DNA of 64,000 nucleotides. Source: the human T2T-CHM13v2.0 reference genome, Homo sapiens. The stretch lies in assembly GCF_009914755.1 (NCBI RefSeq), contig NC_060935.1. One strand, 5' to 3'. This document shows, piece after piece, positions 54,266 through 64,000 of the stretch. Position 1 is the first letter of the stretch; each line of letters begins with the position of its first letter. Both the position numbers and the translations under genes were made by a program. The notes under the pieces were generated by a model, which saw only the letters and a program-made list of their open reading frames with translations, was not told the DNA's origin and made no database searches.

Positions 54266-57200
54266 GTAAGGACCCCTCAGCTTCCCCAGACCCAGGCCCA
54301 CTGAAGAGGGGAGGGCCAGGGCGCAGATACAGCTGCTCCCATAAGTGCTTCGGCTTCAATGCCTGTTGCTTTTCCCGCTGACCTCAGGGATGTGGCGAGG
54401 TCCTGCTGCCCACCACTGCCCATGGCTCCCTCTGCAGGGGTTTCCAAAAGGAATTTTCTCTTCTTCCCCGAACAAAGCTGCTGTTGTCTGGGGGAACACT
54501 GGGGATGAGGGAGGCTTGTTTTCCCTTCCTGGCCCCTTCCCTTGGCCCTGACCTTAGGAAAGCCTCTTACATTCTCTGTCCCGTCACTTGCCCATCCAGC
54601 AGAATGTAGGCAACAGCCCCTCCCATTTCACAGGGATGTAGGAAAGATAGTCAGGGGCTGATGAGGCACCTGCTATGAGTGGTGCTTCGCTATAAGCCTG
54701 GCAGCACCTACGTGGGTCAGGTGTGTGCACAGATGAGGAAGGTTCCAGGCACAGTCACCAATTATCAGGCTCCTCATGTGCCAGGCAGTTTGCACCGATA
54801 AACTGTCTTAATCCCACCACAGCCCTGTGAGGTAGATACTGTTCTATTCCCACCTCACCAATGAAGAAACAGAGGCTCAGAGAGGTTAAGTCCCTTGCTG
54901 AAGTTCACACAGCTTCTAAATGGTAGGTGTGGGACTCGAACTCCAAGAGCTTTGGTCCTAAATGCAGCACATGGCAGGGTGAGCCACAGTGTGGAAACCC
55001 CTTCTTTCACCAGAGGCAGAAGGAAAGGGGCCTAAGGCATTTTTACAGGGATAAGAGCCCTTCTGCGCCTGCTCGGCCTCCTCCAGGAAGCCGTCAGGGC
55101 CTGCCACGCTGACTTCTCAGGGGCTCCCTGTGGTGGGAGGGAGGCACAGCGGAAGCCCCCAGGGGACAGCCGTGCCACTCCCCTCGCTGAGTTCGGCCTT
55201 GGCTCACTTCTCCCAGCAGCTGCCCAAGGCAGCTGGTTTGGAATGTGGCCCATGACAGCTGCTTGATTTACATAAAGCGGAACCTAGCTAGGATGTGATG
55301 ATGGAGGGGCCACATCTGTCCCCCTGGCCCCAGGGGCTAGGCCTCCCCTCCAGGAGATGGAAAGCAAGGATGATCTACACTCTAGCCACATCTGATGCAC
55401 CCCGGGGCTATCAGTCTCATCCCCTTTCACCCTCCATTCTGGGGTTAGGGTGGGTGGGCTACCCGTGCCCCCCACATTCTCCTGGCCTGTGACACACCCT
55501 CCTTGGCCCCATTAGGCCCAGCTCTCTACTTCCTGAGTCATGGCCCAACCCAGCAGGCACTGCACCCCAGGGCAAAGTCTAGAGGCCCAGCCTGCCCACC
55601 CACATTTCTGCCCTCTGCGCCCTGCCCTGCAACTGGCGCAGTGGGGGTGAGCCCACTGGGTGGGGAGAGCTTCCTGCATGGCTCTGGCCTCCTCCCTGTT
55701 CGGGTCTGAGAATCTCAAGCTGGCCGGACCTTAAAGGTCTACTATCTGCAGGAGGGGGTGCATTTTACAAATGCTTTGGCCCGAGCCCCACCCACCCCAA
55801 GGGACCTGACTCGGTTGGTGTGGGTGGGAGCCTGAGTGCTGGTGTTTTCTAAAAAGTTCCCCAGGTGGATTCCCCAGGCAGCCAGGGTTCAGAAACACTG
55901 ATCCTCTTGCCTGGTCACTAGGCACTTGTGTAAACTGAGGCCGGGGGTGGGGAAAAATGACTTGCTAATAGTCACAGAGCAGCTGAGGGGCAGAACTGGG
56001 GACAGCTCTTTCCCTACCGAGTTGAATCCCTGCTCTGAGTCCACTGGGCTGGGCATTCCTATCCTCATTTTACAGAGGAGGAAATTGAAGCACAGAGAGG
56101 TGTAGTAACTTGTTTAAGGGCACACAGCAAGCTGGTAGGGGAGCTGGCTGCAGATGAGGTAGCCTAGCTTCCGAGCCCGTGCCTTGAACCCCTGGACCAC
56201 ATGGCTCTGCAGCCACATGCCACTGGTTAGTACCTTAGTAACAGGAAGCACTTTGCAATGAAGAGCAGACTCTAGCCTGACTGCTGGGGTTCGATTCACG
56301 GCGGTGCTGTCCACTAGCTGTGTGACTCTCAGCACATTGCTTCACCTCTCTGTGCCTCCTCACCTATAAAATGAGGATCGTAATAGAGTGCACTTACTGT
56401 GGTTATTGTGAGAAATTAAATGGGCCTCTCATTTTTATCTGAAAAGAGTTTGGGACAGCCCCCAGTGAAAAACCCTACATAAGTGATTGTTAGCTAAATT
56501 TTATAATACAATTTAATCCTTTTGCCATCTTCAAGTAGCAGGCTTTAGACCCATTTTACAGAGAAAGAAATAGTAAATGGCTTGCCCAGGGTCAGAGTGT
56601 GTTGGCAGCAGAGCTGGGATTAGAATCTACTTTTCTTATCCCTCATCCCTTTCTGTTTGGGCCGCTTCCTTTGGTCCCTTCTAGGCCCAGAAAGACTAAA
56701 AGGTGAAAAAAAAATTTTTTTTTCCATGCCCTGTGGATGGCCTACCCCAGAGCATACCCTCACCTACTTCCTAAGTCAGCTTGCTCAGATATGGGGTAGG
56801 CCTGGGATCCTGGGGGGAGACAGGGAATGGCATCAATTAAATGTTCTGAGATACGGAGACCTCGCAGTTTGTCTGGTCTCCCAGGGGAAGGATCTGAGTT
56901 GGGGTCTCAGCCCTGATCCTTCCCTGCCAGGCACCTTGCAGCCTGCTAGCCTTTCTGAGCCTCGGGGTCCTTGCAGACAAATCAGGATGTGAGTACAGCC
57001 ACAGAGGGTGGTTGCTGAAATTAGGCAGGATGCTTTGGATAAAGGGCCTTGTTCAGGGCTGGCACACGGCGGCTGTCTGGGCAATGTCAGTTTCTTTTTT
57101 CTGGGAGTAATCACTGGGAGGAATTGTTGGAAGCCTCAACCCAGGAAGTTTAGGAAAAGTGGAATTGACAGCCTCTCCCTGCCCACGCTGATGGCTGGGG

Positions 57201-57959
57201 CTCAGTGCCAGAAGATCCCCGCACTCACCCTGAGGAAGGTGGGGGGCTCCTGTGAGGAACTGGGTGGAGGAAGCCTTGAGAGTAGGGTTGGCCAGGGCTC
57301 TTCCTGAGCTCCAGAACATTCTGTCTGTTATCAGGAAGCGGAGCTGAATCCCACAGACTCCCTCCCGTCCTCCAGTTTGATAGTTATTCTGTAAGGGCAC
57401 TAACGCCCCTTGGGGACCAAGGTGGGGACCTCGGCCTCTCCAGGATCCCCAGGGAGTCGTGGCCAGCCCCAGGCCTGTATTCTCCCTGCTGATGGTAAAG
57501 GGGTTGGTCCTGGCTGTGCCTCAGTGCTTAGGGGAGCAGATTAAAAACGCAGGTCCTTGGCCTCCTGCTGGGAGCGTCTTGGTCGGGTTGTAACGGACTC
57601 AAGCATCTGCATCCCTAAGAGGCTCCTCTGATCCACACTACTCTCCAGCCTTCTGGAGACGCCAGCACCCTCGCCCTCCAGGTGCGTCCCATGCCCTGGG
57701 GGTACAGTGTACCCATGCTGGTGAGTTAGAGATGACATGAGCTTTACCCTGTGTGATGGGTTGGGTGTCTTAGGAAATGTTGGCCAAGTGCCCCTGCAGG
57801 ACTCCTGACCTCTACCTCCCGGAATGGGCCTGTCCACAGGTAGCTCTAAAGAGGGTCTTAGCCATCAGGCCCATTCCTGTACCTCCTAAGCATCATTTCC
57901 TCCCGGGCTTCTTTCTTGCTCTCACTGGTCCGTTCTCTCACCTTCTTTCCAATCTTCAA

Positions 57960-58320
57960 ATAACCAAGCTCCTCCTTCCTCAGGCCTTTGCACCTGCTGT
58001 GTTCCCTGCCTGGAATGCTTTTCTTACAGATCTTTGCTTGGCTGACTTCTTCATTCATGTCTTGGCTCAAATGTCACTGGCTCAGGCTGGCCTTCGTCGA
58101 CCCATTCTGACCCTCTCCCAGCCCAGCAGTTCTCTGCAGTTAGCCAGCTTTGGTATCTTCATGGCGCCCAACACAACCAGAAAACCTGTATTGTGTACTT
58201 TTTGTCTCCACTCCCCACCCCCAAATGTCAGACCTTGTTAGTCACTCTTCTGCATCCCCAGCAACTGGCACAGTGCCTGGCATGAAGTGGGCACCCAGTA
58301 AACATTTCTTGGCCGAATGA
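57960..58320 (+). mobile_element. L2 3' fragment
   Basis: ggcctttgcacctgctgtgttccctgcctggaatgct...gcacagtgcctggca...taaacatttcttggccgaatgaa. Confidence 0.75.
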
Positions 58321-59090
58321 ACATGCAGCACACCTGTAGCAATACATGTGCCCCGTGCATCAGTGGAAAGAGTGTGGCACTGGAGATTTGCATATTTTCA
58401 AATTCCAGCTCAGGCCCTTGCCTGTTCGCCTTTCTGAGCCTCATTTTTTTCTTCTGTGAAATGGCCATGCTAGTGCCTGCCAGGCAGGGTGATGTCAGAG
58501 TTGGAGACGGCGTGTGGAAAGCCCATGAGGCACAGTGAGTGGGCAAGAAAGGCTGGTGTTTGTTATTATATGGACAAGAAGGAAGGCGGGTTAAAAATCA
58601 GCTTGGAATCTTAATGTCAGTGGCCCCTGGAGAACCAGCCAGCCTCTTGTCTGTCAATTCCGCAGATATTCACTGTGCACAGCACCTCACTGCGAGAGGC
58701 GCTGTTCGAGCTGGGGGTTCCCCAGGAATAAAGTGAAGCTTCTGCCCTCATGCACCTCAGGTCCTTGGTGGAGGGGGAGAGCAGACAATGAGCAAGAAGA
58801 ATCAGTGAAATGTAGTCTATTCAATCCTGAGAAGCCTTACGAAGTAAAAAATAAAGCCGGGAAGGGGCTTAGGCTGGATGAGGGTGTGGATTGCAATTTT
58901 ACTGGGGGAGGGACACAAGTGGGGATGGGGGTGACCTGGTTCCGTGTTGGGCAGTGAGAAGCAAGCAGGGGAATGCAGCTGACCCCAACACCCTGGCTCC
59001 AAAGAGGGGATCCGGAAGAAGACCTGGACGGTTAGGCCAGGTGTTTATACCTGCTGTGCCCACTGATTTTGTACTTCTTCTTCCCCCTAG

Positions 59091-59215
59091 AAACCTCCTC
59101 CAGCTCGCTTAGGATGGGGGCCTATGTCTTCATCGGCGTGGGGGCAGTCACTATGCTCATGGGCTTCCTGGGCTGCATCGGCGCCGTCAACGAGGTCCGC
59201 TGCCTGCTGGGGCTG
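59091..59215 (+). CDS. CD82: CD82 exon 5 (aa 46-87; TM2, GFLGCIGAVNEVRCLLGL)
   Basis: Acceptor ttccccctag|aa and donor CTG|gtgagt. It carries the tetraspanin GxxGCxGA signature with Cys74 and Cys83. Confidence 0.97.
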
Positions 59216-59387
59216 GTGAGTACGGATCCCTCCGCAGCTGCCTGCCCATTTCCTCTCATCCAGCCGAGTGCAGCCTGACCGCGGCGCTGGCCGTAACATC
59301 GGGTGGAGAGCATCTCTCGGGGCACGCAGGCTGGGTGCACCTGGTCGGGGACCCTCAGCTGACTTTGTGCCTGCTCTGTGTCCCCAG

Positions 59388-59462
59388 TACTTTGCTTTCC
59401 TGCTCCTGATCCTCATTGCCCAGGTGACGGCCGGGGCCCTCTTCTACTTCAACATGGGCAAG
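59388..59462 (+). CDS. CD82: CD82 exon 6 (aa 88-112, YFAFLLLILIAQVTAGALFYFNMGK; TM3); CDS continues beyond window
   Basis: Acceptor tccccag|tac and donor AAG|gtaagc; 75 nt, with polar Gln99 in TM3. Confidence 0.97.
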
Positions 59463-59659
59463 GTAAGCCCCTCTCTCCCTCCCTCTTCACTGGGCTGGAC
59501 CAACCATGGGGGTGATTGACTGAGTGTGGGGGATGGACAAGGAACCCCCCCAGTTGTCACAGACAGATCCAGTAGGTGTCAGGGACGGCCTCCTGGACAC
59601 TATTCCTTGTGATCAAATGGGGGAGCGTTAGAAGAGAAGGCGGCAGGTGTGGGCAGTCC

Positions 59660-59870
59660 CCGCTGGGCCTGGATCTTAGCCTGACCCCCCTGCTTTCTAG
59701 CTGTGTGGCCTTGGGCAAGCTGCTTGCCTCTATGTGCCTGTTCCACCATCTGTAAAATGGAAACAATAAGAAAACTGAACTCTCAGAGTGGTTGCAAAGA
59801 TTATTCGAGATTATCTGAGTGAAACACATAGCGCATGGCACCATAAGTACTCAATAAATGTTATTCTTGT
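59660..59870. mobile_element. MIR
   Basis: agctgtgtggccttgggcaag...catctgtaaaatgg...taagtactcaataaatgtta. Confidence 0.8.
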
Positions 59871-59951
59871 TATTATTAAGATACTTTAGCAACTATTAAA
59901 TCCATGCCACTCACCCACAAATGAGGTTTAGAAGGAGACCGTTAATAAAAA

Positions 59952-60672
59952 CATCAGTCTTGTGTCCGAGGGGAGATGTTCAGCTTTCAGAAACAGAAAA
60001 TCAGACTTACAGCGGCTTAAAGTTGAAGGACATCTGTGGTTGACTTGACCGGAAGTCTGGTTTGGAAGCTCAGAGGCCCTGGTTCTGGCTGTTGAGCATC
60101 CTCGCTGGGATGGCTTTCCTGCATTATGACACTTACCTCGTGGTTCCAAGATGGCTGCCACAGCACCAGGCACGATGTCTGTGCCGCTGTGGCCTGAAGA
60201 TGGGGAAGTGGGCAGTGCCAGACATGGCCATCCCTTTTATCAGAAAAGGCGCAGTGGCTCATGACTGTAATCCCAATACTTAGGGAGGCAGAGGTGGGAG
60301 GATTGCTCTGAGACTAGCCTGGGCAACATGGTGAGACCCCATTTCTACAAACAAATTTTTAAAAATGCTAGCCATGGTGGTGTTCACCTGTGGTCCCAGC
60401 TACTCAGGAGGCTGAGGCAGGAGGATCCTTGAGGCCAGGAGGTTGAGGCTACAGGGAGCCATGAAACAGAGCTTGGGGCAACAGAGTGAGACCCTGTCTC
60501 AAAAAAAAAAAAAAAAAAAAAGTCCTCCAACAGACTTCCCCAGACTGGGTTACAAAGCCACCCCTGGTTGCAAAAGAGGCTGAGAATGTGAGTATCCAAC
60601 TTTCAGACTCTAAAGACAGAGGCACAAGAGAGAAAGGAGCCAAGAATGGCTGTTGGGTGAGCCAGTTAATTG
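59952..60672 (-). mobile_element. Old MaLR LTR (MLT1K-like), split by AluJ
   Basis: Contains aacagaaaatcagact...gcttaaa, caagatggctgccacagc and gccacccctggttgcaaaagaggctgagaatgtgagtat. Confidence 0.6.
60248..60521 (+). mobile_element. AluJ with internal deletions
   Basis: ggcgcagtggctcatgactgtaatccc...ggaggttgaggctacag...poly-A. Confidence 0.9.
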
Positions 60673-63600
60673 TGAGTCACAGTTATCACGTAAGAAGCAC
60701 CTACTGTGTGCACGTGGGATCTTCTAGAAACTTTCCATACAGCGTCTTGTCCTCACAATGGCTCTGCAGGGTTTTATGTTGACAGATGGAGAAGCAGATG
60801 CTCTGAGATGAAGAGCAATAACAACATAGATAACAGTGACTCTAACACCCACCATCCCTCCAGTTGAGTCCATGCACAGCATATACCAAGTACAGTGTTG
60901 ACCACGTTACACTCCTCCTCTCGCAGATCCTCACTAGGCCCTCTCAAGGTCGTGGGAGAATCCCCGTCCTGCAGATGAAGGAGTAAGGACAGCCTAGGCT
61001 CCCTGACTCCGAGTCCTGAGTTCACCCGTCCCCAGACCCTGCTGCACATGGCCTGTGGCCTAGCAGACCCTTAGGGTCCCTGCTTCCAGTGCCACCAGTT
61101 CTTGTCCACCAGGGAGGGTGGCAGAGCCGGCAGCCAGATAGGCTCCTGCCCTTCACCACTTGAAGGTCAAGTTGCCTGAGATCCCTCTTGGAAGGAAACT
61201 GAGAAAACACTATACCAACATCAACATCAACAAATAACATTTAATAGAACTTAGAACTTAATGGAACTTCACAAGACAAGATACTCTTGGTAGCTAAGGG
61301 CTAACTTGGGCACTGAGCTTCCTGGCAGTCAAGGCAAAAGTGGAAAATAGTGGATTTTGTAGATGAAAAGCAGCTTGTTTGGCTGTGAGACAGGAAGCCA
61401 GCAGTTAAGGGAGGGAAATTCCTTTCCCAGAAAAATGGTCATGGGGTCAGGTCTTCATTTCTGTCCTATGGCACTGAGCTTCTTTAGGACCTAGTTAGTG
61501 ATATAATCAGGGTGGATTAGAACCAGGCCCCAGTGAGCCGGTTTCTATGACTCAGAAGCTGGTCGCCTCTGCAGGGATCTTGGGCAGTCCACCCTATGTG
61601 ATTCACCATCTCACAGTAATAAATATGGCCCACCAGGTTGGCACCAACCACATGCCAGGAGCTGAGCTAGAAAAGTGAGCTGCAATACATGTTCAAATTT
61701 ACAAACATTTTCCATTTGAAGAAACTGAGGCCCAGGAAAGCAAAGTGACTTTCAGCCACTGACACACACAGCTTGGATGCATCAGAGTGGGGATTTCCAT
61801 CCTGATGCCTTGGAGTCCAAGGCCCATGCCTCCCTATCCACCACGCTGCCCTCCCGCCGGCTGGGTAACTCTGCTTGGCTGATAATGAGGAGCTTAGCCT
61901 CAGAGGTGTCCTATCAGCCCCAGAACAGGACTTGTTTGGAGATTTGGGTTTCTCGACCCCAGCCAAGCTCTGTGCATTGCACCCCCTGCCCCTGTCTTCC
62001 CCTTCAGAGTCCACACCCCCTAGTCCCAGCCTGCCTCACCTTAGTCCACCACCATCTTTTCTGGAAGGCAGGGGGAAATTTTCTGGCTTTGCTGAAGAAG
62101 TTCTGGTGCCACTGTATCGCCCGAATTGGAATGAACAATATATTTTTTTCTTTCGCAACGCATCATAAATCTCAGTGGAAGACTAAACATACTCTTGATG
62201 TGTTTATTCTGGCAGACAAGGCTCAGCGTGGGGGTGGGACTTGTTTGAACCTAAGGAAAAGAAAGGCCTTTTGAAAGGAGATAGGGCTCCCGTGCAGGTG
62301 GGTGGGAGTGACCCTGCTGTGGTCTCCAGGGCTGCCCTCTGTCCTTCCTGCCTCTGTCACCCGCAGCCACTCTTCTCAGGGCAGCGATGGGGAGGTTGGG
62401 GACCTTGGCATGGCCTGTCACCTCTGGAGCCTTGGGTTCTGCTTCTATAAATTGAGAATAAATCTGCCTCTCCCTGCTCTACCACTCAGGTTGAAGTGAA
62501 CACAGACTGTGACACTTCTGTGAAAATGCAGAGTGGTGTCCAAGGGTCTTGACTGTGGAACCACTGCTCTGACATTCTGGGCATGCTACTCAGCCTCCCT
62601 GTGCCTCAGTTTCCACATTTGTCAAACTAGTAACAATATAGGCCCACTGTCCCTTCTCTGCAATTCTGAAATCCAAAGAAACACTTTAAAAACCAAAAGT
62701 AGCATTTGCAACTAATTTGGTGGCAAAATTGAACCTGAACAGAAGCAAGGCTATGTATGGCCTTTGCCTGCCCCATTCGGGTGTCCCTGGGGAAATAGAA
62801 ATGAGACTCACTGCAGGCTGCTGCCCCAGCCCCCACTAGTGGGTGTGATCTGTCCCTCCAGGCCCTTTCTAAAATCTGATCCTGTCTCGAGCCGGAGCCC
62901 CCAGGGGCTGCCTTGCAGCACTTCAGAGATGAAGAGCACTAACAAACGGGAAGGGCGTCGTGCGGCACTCAGCCGGAGGCTGATGTTGCTGGCATCATTG
63001 CCAGTGTTTATTATTATTGCCGCCATTATTCACTTCATGAAGGCCTGGTAAGGGCTCAATAGGTGGCAGCTGTTCCTGCTGCCCTCGTTGTCAGCAGAGC
63101 AAGGGCTGCGGGAATGGGGATCTGGGCACGGTGCTAAGATCCTCATCTGCTTGTTTATCCAGCCTCTGGTGAGCAGAGCCCAGCCCTGGGATTCAGGGGC
63201 CCTGTGTTTTAGTGTGGGCTCTGCCGCTGATTGCTGTGTGGCTTCGGATAAGTTACCCAGACTCTCTGATCCACAGGCGAGCTCTTGGGCCATGCCCAGT
63301 GCAGGCAGTCAGGGATTCTGACTTGTTCTCTCTAGAGAGTGGAGGTGGGAGGAGTGAGAAGGAAGTGAATGCAGTTTGCCCTTTCCTGTGGTGTGTGGGT
63401 GCTGAGCTGGGTGCACTTGGCAGGCCATACCTGTGCCAGGGAGGCCCCTGAGGCTCTGAGTGCTGTCACGCTCAAGCAGAAGACATTGGAGGGGAAGGGG
63501 CTCACTTGGCCTGGCTGGGAGCCAGAGGTGGGGGCTGTGACAGTGGCAGTGGCTGGCCAGACAACTCCCCAGAGATGTTGGTCAGGGGAACTGTGACTTC

Positions 63601-64000
63601 CTTCTTGTCCTCCTTGCTCTCACCCTGAAAGCCCCAAATTGTTGGTGCGCACATACCCTCATGTGTGAGACACAGGTGGCGAGACGGGTTCCTAGGGGAC
63701 AGTGTGGTTCTCTGTGAACTGTCTGCTTGCTGAATTAGAACTTCCTGATTCTCTGGCTTGGGGTTCTCTTGCGATGGGGCAGAGGGAGGAAGAGCAGCTG
63801 GAGCCTGGGACAGGGAGAGGTGACCTTTCTCTCCCCTGTTGAGAAGGGAATGGAGGAGTCCAGGCTACCCCTCTGGAAAGGGATTATGGAAAGACACTTG
63901 GGCTAGAATCTCTGAAGCACACGCTGGTCACTGGCTCTGCATTCTGGGGTAGCTAATTACGTGGATTGCAGCTGGACTTGCAGAAAAGATGCAGGAAGCG

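Noticed and set aside
59463-64000. Further CD82 coding exon (large extracellular loop)
   Set aside because: I found no acceptor followed by an in-frame CD82-like loop sequence, so the next exon appears to lie beyond the window.

Overview
This is human genomic DNA containing the 5' part of CD82 (KAI1, a tetraspanin metastasis suppressor at 11p11.2) on the + strand. The gene has a TATA-less CpG-island promoter (~19.0-19.9 kb), two non-coding exons (ending at 19752; 41495-41576) and four coding exons (48694-48756, 54193-54265, 59091-59215, 59388-59462). These splice in frame to residues 1-112 (TM1-TM3), and the rest of the gene lies beyond the window. Upstream is the 3' half of a decayed HERV-L provirus (pol-dUTPase, no env). 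Its 3' MLT2A-type LTR carries a ~1.07 kb AT-only expansion, and the provirus is nested in a MER2-type DNA transposon. Further upstream-to-promoter sequence holds several MaLR/ERVL LTRs, a Tigger1 remnant and Alus, while the introns hold Alu, MIR, L2 and MER elements. Nearly all short ORFs in the track are spurious. I found no new protein-coding system. The best leads are: (i) exons 4-6 total 273 nt, are phase 0 at both ends, have no stop and are bracketed by an inverted Alu pair, giving a candidate circRNA with an endless ORF; (ii) 5'UTR exon 2 appears to be an exonised antisense L2; (iii) a close inverted AluY pair; (iv) a tiny L1 with a possible 3' transduction; (v) several motif-dense candidate enhancers. 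Repeat subfamily names come from recalled consensus sequences, and repeat boundaries are approximate unless a TSD is given.
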